A DNA stretch of 64,000 bases, from contig CBDCWG010000012.1 of NCBI GenBank assembly GCA_965223345.1, positions 3,200,001 through 3,264,000 on the forward strand. Reading direction: 5' to 3'. Below, piece by piece: positions 39,517-49,354 of this stretch; within the stretch, counting starts at the first letter, position 1, and every line of letters starts with the position of its first letter. The position numbers were made by a program, and so were the translations under genes. This DNA comes from Nitrospinales bacterium (GTDB lineage Bacteria; Nitrospinota; Nitrospinia; Nitrospinales; VA-1). The notes under the pieces were generated by a model. That model was not told the DNA's origin. It saw only the letters and a list, made by a program, of their open reading frames with translations, and made no database searches.

Positions 39517-40173
39517 ATGCCGACAGACCGTTCCATCATAGACGAAACACGCCGCCACGTCGAATCCCAGCTTGCGGGAGACGGCTCCGGGCACGACTGG
39601 TGGCATTGCTTCCGCGTCTGGCGGCTGTCCCAGAGAATCGCCGATGCGGAAGGCGCGGACCGCACCATCACCGAACTGGGAGCGCTGCTGCACGACATCG
39701 CGGACTGGAAATTCCACGGCGGCGACGAAAGCGCGGGTCCGCGCGAGGCCAGCGAGTTCCTGGGCAAAATCGGCGCGGAGTCAAAAATCATCGATCAGGT
39801 GTGCGGGATCATCGCGACAGTCTCCTACAAGGGCGCGGGGGTGCTCACGCCCATGCAGACCCTGGAAGGCAAGGTGGTGCAGGACGCGGACCGGCTCGAC
39901 GCCATCGGGGCCATGGGAATCGCCCGGGCGTTCGCGTACGGCGGCAACAGGGACCGGCTGATGTACCACCCCGATGAACCGCCGGTGATGCATCAGAGTT
40001 TCGAAGAGTACAAAAAGAACAAGGGACACACGATCAATCATTTCTACGAAAAGCTGCTGTTATTGAAAGACCGGATGAACACAAAGACGGGCAGGCAGGT
40101 GGCGGAAGAGCGGCACCGGTTCATGGAAATCTATCTCGAACAGTTTTTTGAGGAATGGGATGGAAAACGCTGA
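39517..40173 (+). CDS. HD-domain phosphohydrolase
   Basis: GHDWWH..RV, LLHD, VQDADRLDAIGA.GIARAF, HFYEKLL. Confidence 0.92.
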   Translation: MPTDRSIIDETRRHVESQLAGDGSGHDWWHCFRVWRLSQRIADAEGADRTITELGALLHDIADWKFHGGDESAGPREASEFLGKIGAESKIIDQVCGIIATVSYKGAGVLTPMQTLEGKVVQDADRLDAIGAMGIARAFAYGGNRDRLMYHPDEPPVMHQSFEEYKKNKGHTINHFYEKLLLLKDRMNTKTGRQVAEERHRFMEIYLEQFFEEWDGKR

Positions 40174-40987
40174 ACGCGTGCAGGCCTGCGCTGAGCTTTT
40201 GCGACAGGGCGGCCGGATTCTGATCCTGACCAGCGCCGGCATGAGCGCGGATTCCAACATCCCCACGTTCCGCGACAAGGACGGCTACTGGAGAAATTTC
40301 CCGCCGTTCAAGGAAAAGAACCTGGAGGCGCAGGACCTCGCCAGTCCCTGGGCATTCCGCAACGAGCTGCCGCACGCCTGGGCGTTTTACGAATGGCGGC
40401 GGCGCAATGCGGATGAGAACACGCCGCATGCGGGCTACGGCATCCTCAACGACTGGCTTCAAAACGAGTTCGAGGAAGGGTTCATCCACACCACCAACAC
40501 GGACGGCTACCACCTGCGCTCGGGCAGCCCGGAAGACAAGGTGATGGAGGTGCACGGCTCCATGTGGCGGCTGCAATGCCTCAACGTGTGCTCGTACCGT
40601 TTCTGGGACGAACCCGCGGTGCCGCTGTGCGAGCTGGATCACGCAACCATGTGCGCCTCGGACTTCCCCCGCTGCCCGAACTGCAACGCCATCGCGCGGC
40701 CGCACATCCTGATGTTCGGCGACGGGGAATACGTCGGGCACCCGGAACAGGAACGCAACTTTCAGGATTTCGCCGGCCGCAGGGTCGATCTGGTAGTGCT
40801 GATCGGCAGCTCCGGCGCAGTGCCCACCAACGACTACATTGCCTACCAGTTGCAGCAGAACGGCGCGCAGGTGATCAACATCAATCCGGACGCGTCCGCG
40901 AACCGCATCGTCGGCACGCAGCATTTCCTGCCGATGACGAGCCGGGCGGCGCTGGAGGCGCTGCACCGGGCGGCGTTCGCCCCCTGA
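40160..40987 (+). CDS. Sir2/CobB-family NAD-dependent deacylase
   Basis: TSAGMSADSNIPTFR, EVHGS, zinc cysteines CLNVC/CPNC, RPHILMFGD, IGSS, ININP. Confidence 0.88.
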   Translation: MENAERVQACAELLRQGGRILILTSAGMSADSNIPTFRDKDGYWRNFPPFKEKNLEAQDLASPWAFRNELPHAWAFYEWRRRNADENTPHAGYGILNDWLQNEFEEGFIHTTNTDGYHLRSGSPEDKVMEVHGSMWRLQCLNVCSYRFWDEPAVPLCELDHATMCASDFPRCPNCNAIARPHILMFGDGEYVGHPEQERNFQDFAGRRVDLVVLIGSSGAVPTNDYIAYQLQQNGAQVININPDASANRIVGTQHFLPMTSRAALEALHRAAFAP

Positions 40988-41024
40988 GTTTTTTCCACCC
41001 GGATCTTCGCTTCCGTCACGAATT

Positions 41025-41117
41025 TGTCATGCTGAGCCCATCGAAGCATGAGCCCTTCGGCAAGCTCAGGACAAACTTGAAGCATCGTAGGCACCCTTCG
41101 ACAAGCTCAGGGTGACA
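41025..41117. repeat. Cluster of three REP-like palindromic units
   Basis: Forward unit TGTCATGCTGAGCCCATCGAAGCAT (41025-41049) and reverse units at 41053-41073 and 41090-41117, between convergent genes. Confidence 0.8.
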
Positions 41118-41162
41118 TCATTTTAAGAACATTGTTCACTCACTGAGCAATACAACGATCCT

Positions 41163-42152
41163 CTACTGCACCAGCACCAGCTTGCCCCAGTGTTCGTGCG
41201 CTTCCATCTCCCGGTGCGCCTCGGCGACCTGCTGCAGCGGAAAGGTGCGGTGCACGGGCAGGCTCACCTCCCCCGTTTCCACCAGCGGCAGCGCGTCCCG
41301 CCAGGCTTCCTGCAACGCCCGGGGGTCCGCCAGATTGCGAAGAATCACGTAGCCGTGAATGCGGATCTGGTTGAACAGCAATCCGGAGGGAACTGTGAAC
41401 TGGTTTCCACCGAGGACGCCGTAGAGCACGTAGGTGCTGTTGTAGTTCATCAGTTCGAGCAGCGCCGTCGCGGTCTTGCCGCACACCGGATCGAACACGT
41501 AATCCACGCCCGCATCGCCGATAAGACCGGTTATTTTTTTCTGCAAACGTGCGGGATCGCTTTCGACGATCACGTCGGCGCCCAGCGCTTCAATCGATTT
41601 TTTCTTTTTGTCCGAACGCGTGGTGGCGATCACCCTCAGATTTTTCCGGCGCGCCAGCTGGATCGCGGCGATACCGACCGCTCCGGTGCACGCGGTGACG
41701 ACGACGGTGCCGGATTCGGGCAGCGGCGAATGCAGGTGCATGGCATCGTAAGCGGTGAGCAATGCGATGGGCAGCGCAGCGGCTTCGGAAAAATCCAGAT
41801 TCCCGGGAAAGCGCAGCAGTTTCTGCCGCGGCGTTTTTATCTTTTCGGCGTAGCAACCCTGCTGCGGCTGCAGGTAGGCGTCAAAATCTGCGACGACCAC
41901 CCGGTCGCCGGGAGAAAGATCGTTCACCGCGGAGCCGGTTTTTTCCACCACCCCCGCCCCCTCGGATCCCAGAACGAATCCTTCGGACAGATCCACCGGC
42001 CATTCGCCGCTGCGGATCATCACTTCGGACCAGTTGAGCCCGGTGGCCCTCAGATCCACGAGCACGTCGTTGTCACCCAGCGCCGGGTCGCTCGCCTCCG
42101 CAATTTCGAACACCCCCGGTCCTCCGGTTCGGCGAACCAAAACCTGTTTCAT
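41163..42152 (-). CDS. NADPH:quinone oxidoreductase (zeta-crystallin/MDR family)
   Basis: GGPGV, LGSEGAGVV, TACTGAVG..AIQLA and GKLVL motifs. Confidence 0.9.
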   Translation of the reverse strand: MKQVLVRRTGGPGVFEIAEASDPALGDNDVLVDLRATGLNWSEVMIRSGEWPVDLSEGFVLGSEGAGVVEKTGSAVNDLSPGDRVVVADFDAYLQPQQGCYAEKIKTPRQKLLRFPGNLDFSEAAALPIALLTAYDAMHLHSPLPESGTVVVTACTGAVGIAAIQLARRKNLRVIATTRSDKKKKSIEALGADVIVESDPARLQKKITGLIGDAGVDYVFDPVCGKTATALLELMNYNSTYVLYGVLGGNQFTVPSGLLFNQIRIHGYVILRNLADPRALQEAWRDALPLVETGEVSLPVHRTFPLQQVAEAHREMEAHEHWGKLVLVQ

Positions 42153-42348
42153 TTTCCCTCGTTTATCGTCGGTTTGGCCTTGAAAACGGGGGATTCCTCC
42201 CCCGTCGCAGGCGGATTTAAGGGTTGTATCCCATGAAAAATATAGTATTCTGCTTGAAATTCCTAATTTAAAGTCCCTGAATCCTATCTAATGTATCAAT
42301 CCATGATTGCCAGTTTGCGACCGTGAGACCAGCTTTGGAGGAAGTCAA

Positions 42349-42987
42349 ATGCGGGTAGTGATTTTTTGTGTGATGTTCCTTTTGACCGGTTCCCTTTCCG
42401 CCCACGCTGCGTGCAAAAAAGAGGATATCTGCGCGATGATCGGCAAATTGAATCATTTCGCCATTCTCGACAAATGTCCCAATGCGGGCCCGCATCTTGC
42501 TGATTGCAGAAAAGTACCGGACAAAACAGTCGAGGATCTGCCCGAGCCCAACTTTGTGGACAACGGCGACGGCACGGTCACGGACACGGTCAACAAACTG
42601 CTCTGGCTGAAAAAGGGGATGAGGGATAAAAAACTGAAATTCAAGGACGCCCGCGCCAGGGCCAATCTGGCTGAAAAAGCCGGACGCACGGGATGGCGGC
42701 TGCCGACCCTGCCGGAACTCAAAACCCTGGTGTACGAAGAACGCGTGGTCAACGCCAGCGGCAAGAAAGCCTGGATCAATCCGCTGTTCGACGACGGTCT
42801 CGGCCATTACTACTGGACCACCACGACCTGCGCGGAAGTCTCCTATATCGTGGACCGCTATCAGAAAAAGATCTGTCAGGAAGGCGACAAGGCGGCCTGG
42901 CTGGTGCACTTCAACATCAACGCCGTGTTCTGGTTCCACACCGACCTGGAAAAGCCCTATATCTGGCTGGTACAGAATCTCGAATGA
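42349..42987 (+). CDS. Exported DUF1566 (Lcl C-terminal) domain protein
   Basis: FVDNGDGTVTD...LLW, GWRLPTLPEL, YYWT, AWLVHF. Signal peptide and Cys-rich N-terminus. Confidence 0.85.
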   Translation: MRVVIFCVMFLLTGSLSAHAACKKEDICAMIGKLNHFAILDKCPNAGPHLADCRKVPDKTVEDLPEPNFVDNGDGTVTDTVNKLLWLKKGMRDKKLKFKDARARANLAEKAGRTGWRLPTLPELKTLVYEERVVNASGKKAWINPLFDDGLGHYYWTTTTCAEVSYIVDRYQKKICQEGDKAAWLVHFNINAVFWFHTDLEKPYIWLVQNLE

Positions 42988-43187
42988 GGGCGGCCTGACA
43001 GCCTTTCAGGCCCCACCCGGTTCCCCCCTGCCCGCAAACCCGGCTTTTCGCCTTTTTCCACGCCCGATCCCCGCTCAAACGCAATTACAAAAAGAATTTT
43101 GAATCCATGCCGGGCGGAAACCATCATCAATAGCACGCGCGGCGAGGCCGCACAGACCCATCGACTCCCAGGAAAGGAATGCCCGCA

Positions 43188-43415
43188 ATGATCAAGCTGG
43201 AAGGTGAAATCACGGAAATCAACTCTCCTCCCAACAAAGCCGACCAGTTTCGGGAGGTCATCGTCTGGCTGACGCAGTCCGAGGAGCACGTGGAATTCAC
43301 GCTGACACTGGAGGATTACAAATCCTCGGGCTTTCAGACGGGGGACAAGATCTCCCTCTCCCTCGAAAAGAAGCTGGACATCGATTCCCTCACCCGGGAT
43401 CTTTTGAACATGTGA
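43188..43415 (+). CDS. Small hypothetical protein (~75 aa)
   Basis: ORF with AAGGA RBS and beta-rich, OB-fold-like composition. Alternative start 43179. Confidence 0.65.
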   Translation: MIKLEGEITEINSPPNKADQFREVIVWLTQSEEHVEFTLTLEDYKSSGFQTGDKISLSLEKKLDIDSLTRDLLNM

Positions 43416-43446
43416 GCGGCTTTCCCCCTGCCCTTTCCCGAAATCG

Positions 43447-44724
43447 TCACTCTTTCAAACGCTGAGCCTTCTCGCCGGCCTTCTGGTTTTTCCCGAGGGT
43501 GCGGGTGCGTCCGGGATCCTCGGGCGCGTTTTCATTGCGCATTTTTTCGAGGCGCTGCAAAGCCTGATCGGCTTTATCGGGCCGTTGCGTCTTGCGGTAG
43601 AGATTTGCCAGGTTGTTGAGCGAGATGCGGATGTTGGGGTGTTGCGGGCCGAGGGATTTTTCCCAGATGCCCAGCGCCTGCTGGTACAGGGATTCCGCTT
43701 TTTCGTAATCGCCCTTGCCGTCGAACAGGCCCGCGAGGTTGTTGAGCGCGGTGGCGACGGCGGGGTGCCGCGCGCCGAGCGAGGAACGCTTGATCCGGAG
43801 CGAACGCTTGAGGATCGGCTCCGCCTGCGCGTAGTAACCGCGCTTGCGGTACAGCTCGCCCAGGTTGTTGAGGGTGGCGGCCATCCGCGGGTGTTCGCTT
43901 CCGAGGGATTCCCGCTGGATGCGGATCGCCTTGAGGTACAGCAGTTCGGCCTTGCTGTCGTGCTGCATGTCCACATACAGCCGGGCCAGTTGGTTGAGGC
44001 TGGAGGCGACATCGGCGTGGTTTTTGCCCAAATGGTCCTCGCGGATCCGGATGGATTGAAGATACAATCGCTCGGCTTTTTCGTAGTTGCCCATTCGGGC
44101 GGCATAGGCCGCGTGCTGATCGAGCACCAGAGCCAGCTCCGGGGAAGAACCGCCCTGTGCCTTTTCGAAGATCTTCTGCGAGCGCACCAAAAGCGGCTCG
44201 ACGTTTTCATACTTTTCCATCCGCACGAACAGCCGCGCCAGGTCGTTCAGGCTGCGGGCCACGTTGAGATGATCGGGGCCGTGCGACCGCTCCAGGATAT
44301 CCAGAGACTGTTTGTAGAGGGGCTCGGCACGCGCGAGCTGACCGGTGCGGTTGTAAAAATTCCCCAGCCGGTTCAACGAGTTGGCGTACAGCGGGTGGCT
44401 GTCCCCGAAATGCTTCTTGCGGATCCTGAGGCCTTTGATCAATAGCGCCTCGGCTTTGGTAAAATGCCCGGCCTGGATGAAAAGCCCGGCCAGCGTGTTC
44501 ATGGCCGCCACGGTTTCCGGGCTGTCGTCGCCGTGGGCCTGCTTTTTCGCACGCATCCGCTGCTCCGCCAGCGGGATGGCCAGCAGATATTTCCCCTGTT
44601 TGGACAACGCCTCGATCTCCGTGGACAGCGACCGTTCCTGCTGCCCCCAGGCGATGGATCCCCAAAACAGGATCAGGACGGGCACGATGAGCCCGATACC
44701 GCGGCAGGGTCGTCTCTTGAGCAT
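43447..44724 (-). CDS. Exported tetratricopeptide repeat protein (42-residue kinesin-light-chain-like repeats)
   Basis: Repeated HP..A..LNNLA.LY...G.Y..AEPL units, GGAGG RBS before MLKRR. Confidence 0.9.
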   Translation of the reverse strand: MLKRRPCRGIGLIVPVLILFWGSIAWGQQERSLSTEIEALSKQGKYLLAIPLAEQRMRAKKQAHGDDSPETVAAMNTLAGLFIQAGHFTKAEALLIKGLRIRKKHFGDSHPLYANSLNRLGNFYNRTGQLARAEPLYKQSLDILERSHGPDHLNVARSLNDLARLFVRMEKYENVEPLLVRSQKIFEKAQGGSSPELALVLDQHAAYAARMGNYEKAERLYLQSIRIREDHLGKNHADVASSLNQLARLYVDMQHDSKAELLYLKAIRIQRESLGSEHPRMAATLNNLGELYRKRGYYAQAEPILKRSLRIKRSSLGARHPAVATALNNLAGLFDGKGDYEKAESLYQQALGIWEKSLGPQHPNIRISLNNLANLYRKTQRPDKADQALQRLEKMRNENAPEDPGRTRTLGKNQKAGEKAQRLKE

Positions 44725-44947
44725 GTCTCCTCCCCCCACAATCTGGTTGTCGATCGAACCGCACCGCCTCTTCCCCGCGTTTGGCACCCTACCGCGAGGC
44801 AGGCGTTGTGCAGCCGCACACCCTCCTTCTATCTGATCGGTCAAAACGCTTTAAAGTTCACCCCGTTCGACACGCCGGCGTCTTCCCCCGCTGATGCGGC
44901 CCGTTGCGCCCGGCTTCGCCGGCTCTGCGGTCCGGGCCTGCGGCAAT

Positions 44948-45119
44948 TGACAATCTTTTGTCGCAGAGTGACGCTAATCGTCAAAAATCAACCACTTAGA
45001 GCCTTACCACCCGCTCCTTCCCCGCCAGCCAGTGAAACGGCAACCCCTTATTTCATTGACATTTACCCGACCCTGACGCAAATCCTTGATTTTTCAATGA
45101 TTTTGGCATGCTCCCTGCA
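44948..45119 (+). promoter_or_regulatory. Putative sigma54 promoter with IHF sites and upstream activator-type palindromes
   Basis: TGGC-ATGCTCCC-TGCA (GG-N10-GC, 45104-45119). WATCAANNNNTTR matches at 44986-44998 (+) and 45079-45091 (-). Palindromes at 44948-44963 and 44969-44983. Confidence 0.65.
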
Positions 45120-45262
45120 TTTCAAACGAACATAACCAAACATTCGATCAGACAATTGGACCGACGCAGGATGGGTCTTAGGGGGTATGGGACGGGGTGG
45201 TGCATCCGAAATCCGCCCGCCTGCGGGACACCTGCGCCCGATCGCCTGCCAAGGAGGATGCG

Positions 45263-45478
45263 ATGGACTTCTTGAATTCACTGGTTCTCACTTACGCTTT
45301 CGTCATGTTTGCATTCGGGCTCGCCTTCATCTACCAGGCTCTTTCCAACTGGCTCCGATTGCAGGTGAAGCTCAAAGCGCAAAATAAAGTGGAGACGTTT
45401 TTCCCTCAGTCGCCAATCACGAAAACCTATCGTCTGGTTCGTGTTTCGGGCGGTGAAAAAAAGCGCCGGATTTCCTGA
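45263..45478 (+). CDS. Small single-TM membrane protein (71 aa) with basic C-terminus
   Basis: AAGGAGG RBS, MDFLNSLVLTYAFVMFAFGLAFIYQAL hydrophobic helix, ends EKKRRIS. Confidence 0.65.
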   Translation: MDFLNSLVLTYAFVMFAFGLAFIYQALSNWLRLQVKLKAQNKVETFFPQSPITKTYRLVRVSGGEKKRRIS

Positions 45479-45859
45479 CACCCCATCCCTCGCATCCGGA
45501 CCGTTCGCCACCGCATGCCGGTGGTTGCTGCCACGCCGCTTTCTCTCTTTTCCTTCCCTAAACTTACTACAAAAAATTTCAATGCCATCGCCTTAATGCG
45601 CCCTGATTGGGAAACCCTTTTATCGCGGGCGTTTCAGATCCCGCTGCGCGCGCCGTTCCGGTTTTGTTTCCGGGCCGTTTTCACGCAAGTCGGCGTGCGG
45701 GAAGTCCCGCTCTCATCGGCTCCCAGGCACCCTTGCCTTTGAAAACCGCGGCGGCAGAGCCGGAACAAACACGCCGCATTGCAGGCGAATCGAATAAGGG
45801 GATGATTTTACGCCGGGCATCCAGTATGATGCAGACAACTCAACCTGGATAGACGCATC

Positions 45860-46384
45860 ATGGACAACTGGTACATGCTCACGCTGGTGGGTAAAGATCA
45901 ACCGGGCATCGTGGCCCGATTGAGCACCGCCCTGTGCAACGGAGGCTGCAACCTCGGAGAATCCTCGATGGCCCGCCTGGGCGATAATTTCTCCATCATG
46001 CTGATGGCCCAGTTCGGCGGCAGTGCGGAACAACTGGACGCCATCGTGTCGCCGGTGGCGCAATCGCTCAAGCTGCACCATCACGTGGACGCGGTCGAGG
46101 GCGGACACCATCACGCGATCCAGCCCAATGTCCGCATCAGCGTCTACGGCGCCGACCGGCCCGGAATCATGGAAGCGGTGACCGGCGCGCTGGCGGAGGC
46201 CGGCCTCAACATCCTCAACCTGGACTCCAACATCGGCATCGAAAACCGGACCTCCACTTACTACATTCACATCGAAGGCGTGGTGTCGGGCGGCGTGGAG
46301 CCGCTGTACGAAGTCCTGGAACGGCTTGCCGGGGAAAAGGACCTGCAGACCCAGCTGATGCCGGTGGACACCCTGCTGGGCTGA
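45860..46384 (+). CDS. GcvR-like double ACT-domain protein
   Basis: LVGKDQPGIV...GCNL..SSM and VYGADRPGI...GLNI motifs. Confidence 0.88.
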   Translation: MDNWYMLTLVGKDQPGIVARLSTALCNGGCNLGESSMARLGDNFSIMLMAQFGGSAEQLDAIVSPVAQSLKLHHHVDAVEGGHHHAIQPNVRISVYGADRPGIMEAVTGALAEAGLNILNLDSNIGIENRTSTYYIHIEGVVSGGVEPLYEVLERLAGEKDLQTQLMPVDTLLG

Positions 46385-46630
46385 CCTCCCCTCGCCTCTC
46401 CCACTGCCGGTTTATCCGCCGTTTCGCGCACACCGGCTGAGAAAATCCCTTATCTTTTCAATAAATTATCAACATTTTCCTCAATTTATGATAAATTACT
46501 GAAAGTGAGCACGTTCAAGTTCCGCTTTTCTGCTGGTTGTTTGCTCGAATCCTGTCTGAACACCCCTGAATGCTTTCCTGCCATGAGTGGACCCAACTCA
46601 TCTATTTGAAACCACACAGGTAAGAGTCAA

Positions 46631-48175
46631 ATGAACAAATCGTTCCCTGCCGTCTTTTTCGCGTTCATCCTGATTTCGGGCTGTTCCAACCTGCCGAAGC
46701 ACATGCAGTGGCCGTTCAACAGCCAGGAGGCGTCCGAGGAGCCGGTTGCCGAAGCGGACGAGGATACAAGCTCCGGCCACAATTTCGCCTATCTGGAACC
46801 GGACACCGCTCCGGACTCCGCCGATGTGGAACCCTGGGACGCTTCGGTGGGCAAGGCGGAGGAACCCCCCGATATCGACGACAGCGAAATCCAGATGGGC
46901 CCGAGCGAAGAGGAACTCGCCGCCCGGATCGAGCCCGAACCGGAGGAGGAGCCCTCCGAGGCGATTCAGGAAGCCCGCCTCAATCACAACGTGGCGATGG
47001 AATACATCTTCGCCGACAAATACGAAAAAGCCATCGCGCCGCTGGAAAACGCCCTGAAGCTGGATCCCGATGATCCGCGCTTTCACTACAGCTACGGGCT
47101 GGTGTATCAGAAACTGGGAAAACACGAGGAAGCGATCAAGGAATTCGAAGCGTCCACCGCGCAGGACCCGCAATTCTGGCAGGCGCACAACCGGCTGGGA
47201 GCGGTGTACGCCAGACTGGGAAAACCCGACGACGCCATCCGGCACCTGCAAAAAGGCATCGCCATCCATCCGGATTTTGCGGACGCGCATTACCAGCTCG
47301 GCGCGTTGTACGAAAAAAAGAAACAATACGAGACCAGCGTTTCGCACTACGAAAAAGCCATCGCGCTGGATCCGGAAAACCACCGCTACAACTACCAGAT
47401 CGCCCGCAATTTCCTCAAACTGAAAAAAAGGAAACAAGCCATCGCGGCGTTTGAGAAAACCGCGCGCCTCGCGCCGAACTACCGCGACGTGGATTACCGA
47501 CTCGGGAAATTGTATGCGGAAGAAAAGGACCCCGGCAAGGCGATCCAGCACCTCTCCAGGACCATCAAGAACAACCCAAAAGAAGAGGAAGCGTATTTCC
47601 TGCTGCACAACGCCTACTGGGAAAAAAAGCAGTACGACGAATCCATCGACACGCTGAAACGGCTGATCAAGAAAAAGCCCAAACTGGAACAGCCCTACTA
47701 CGCACTCGGTCAGGCTTACCTCATCCTGAAACGCAACAGCGACGCCATCGAGCCGTTCCGGCAGCTGATCAAGCTCAACCCGGACAATTTCGAAGCGCAC
47801 AACAGCCTGGGGTCGATTTTCGAAAAAGCCAAATCCCCCAAACTGGCCATGGTGCATTTCAAGGAAGCGGTGCGCATCAACCCGAAAAACCCGCTGGCGC
47901 ATTTCAACCTCGGCATCGCCTATGTGGATCTCAACAAAAGCAGGGAAGCGCTGAAGCAGTTCAAGGAAGTCACGCGCCTCGATCCGGGATTCGCGCAGGC
48001 GCACTGGAGCCTGGCGCTGCTGTACGACAACGTGGGCGACGGCGGCAACGCGATCTTTCACTCCAAGCGCGCGGTCAACCTGTTCAAGGAAAAATACCAG
48101 TTGAAAAAATCGAAGACGGCGGAGAAGTTTTCCCAGTCTTTGATCCAGAAATACAAAAGGAAGGTGAAAAAATAG
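46631..48175 (+). CDS. TPR-repeat lipoprotein
   Basis: Lipobox ISG-C, acidic linker, many 34-aa TPR units. Confidence 0.9.
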   Translation: MNKSFPAVFFAFILISGCSNLPKHMQWPFNSQEASEEPVAEADEDTSSGHNFAYLEPDTAPDSADVEPWDASVGKAEEPPDIDDSEIQMGPSEEELAARIEPEPEEEPSEAIQEARLNHNVAMEYIFADKYEKAIAPLENALKLDPDDPRFHYSYGLVYQKLGKHEEAIKEFEASTAQDPQFWQAHNRLGAVYARLGKPDDAIRHLQKGIAIHPDFADAHYQLGALYEKKKQYETSVSHYEKAIALDPENHRYNYQIARNFLKLKKRKQAIAAFEKTARLAPNYRDVDYRLGKLYAEEKDPGKAIQHLSRTIKNNPKEEEAYFLLHNAYWEKKQYDESIDTLKRLIKKKPKLEQPYYALGQAYLILKRNSDAIEPFRQLIKLNPDNFEAHNSLGSIFEKAKSPKLAMVHFKEAVRINPKNPLAHFNLGIAYVDLNKSREALKQFKEVTRLDPGFAQAHWSLALLYDNVGDGGNAIFHSKRAVNLFKEKYQLKKSKTAEKFSQSLIQKYKRKVKK

Positions 48176-48249
48176 ATGGCTCCCCGCAACCTCTCTTCCC
48201 GAACGGCCCCACCGCATTGCAGGGCGGTTTCCTCCGCCCCGGACGATCC

Positions 48250-49278
48250 ATGACCGGTCTCAAACAACTGGGAGAGTTCGGTCTGATCGACCGGCTGCGC
48301 GCGCGCCTGTCTCCGGGTGAGGGGCGTGTGCTGCTGGGGATCGGCGACGACTGCGCCGCCTACGCCGCCAAGCCCGGAAAACTGCAGATCCTCTCCACCG
48401 ACGCGCTCATCGAGACGGTCCATTTCGACCGCAGGCATGGCAAACCCGAAACCCTGGGCCGAAAAGCCATCGCCGTCAACGTGAGCGACATCGCGGCGAT
48501 GGGCGGCGACCCGGTTCTGGCGGTGATCGCCCTGGGCATCCCGCGCACGCTTCCGGTTGCCTTTCTCGACGCGCTGTACCGCGGCATCGACTCGAGCCTC
48601 AAGGAATACGACCTGGAACTGGCCGGCGGGGACACGGTGGCCTCACCGAAGCATCTGTTCATCAATGTCACGATCGTCGGCGAGGTGGCCAAGAACCGCA
48701 TGGTCGCCCGCAGCGGAGCCCGGCCCGGAGACGCCATCTGGGTCACGGGGTATCCGGGACGATCGGCTCTGGGTCTCAAGATCCTCCAGTCGGCGAAGAA
48801 AAAGTGGCTGGGTGCGAAAAAGCACCGGACCGCAATGATCCAGGCGCATCTGGACCCGGTGGCGCGCCTGAAAGAAACGCAGAAACTGCTCGCGGGCGGG
48901 GTGCGCCCGACCTCGATGATCGACGTCAGCGACGGCCTGGTGCAGGATCTTCACCGGCTCTGTGAAGCGGGGGGCGTGGGGGCCGTGATCCGGGAGGCCG
49001 ATCTGCCGCAATCGCTGGAAATGCAGCGGGTCTGTGCGGAAAACCGGTTGAATATTCGGCAGTTGATTTTATCGGGGGGCGAGGACTATGAAATCCTGTT
49101 TACAACAAAGTCGCAAGATGTTAGAAAAGTAAACAGGCAGTTTCACAACGCCTTAACGCCTGTAACGCTAATCGGTGAAGTGACTTCCCGGTCCGGAAAG
49201 GTGCTTCTGGAAACCGACGGCGCGAAACGCAAAATCCTTCGAAAGTCGATGGGGTACCAGCATTTCAAATCCCCATGA
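48250..49278 (+). CDS. thiL: Thiamine-monophosphate kinase
   Basis: GEFGLI, GIGDDCA, NVSDIAAMGG, GGDT, IDVSDGL, GGEDYE, GYQHF. Confidence 0.95.
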   Translation: MTGLKQLGEFGLIDRLRARLSPGEGRVLLGIGDDCAAYAAKPGKLQILSTDALIETVHFDRRHGKPETLGRKAIAVNVSDIAAMGGDPVLAVIALGIPRTLPVAFLDALYRGIDSSLKEYDLELAGGDTVASPKHLFINVTIVGEVAKNRMVARSGARPGDAIWVTGYPGRSALGLKILQSAKKKWLGAKKHRTAMIQAHLDPVARLKETQKLLAGGVRPTSMIDVSDGLVQDLHRLCEAGGVGAVIREADLPQSLEMQRVCAENRLNIRQLILSGGEDYEILFTTKSQDVRKVNRQFHNALTPVTLIGEVTSRSGKVLLETDGAKRKILRKSMGYQHFKSP

Positions 49279-49354
49279 TGGAGCTGCCTGCCCGGAGCGA
49301 AACGCCGGAGAAGGATAGACAGGCACTGGCAAATTTGGGGGTTTTTTAAAAACC

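Noticed and set aside
40160..40987. Sir2 gene as an anti-phage defence system
   Set aside because: It has a full CobB-like layout with a zinc domain, and no defence partner genes are adjacent.
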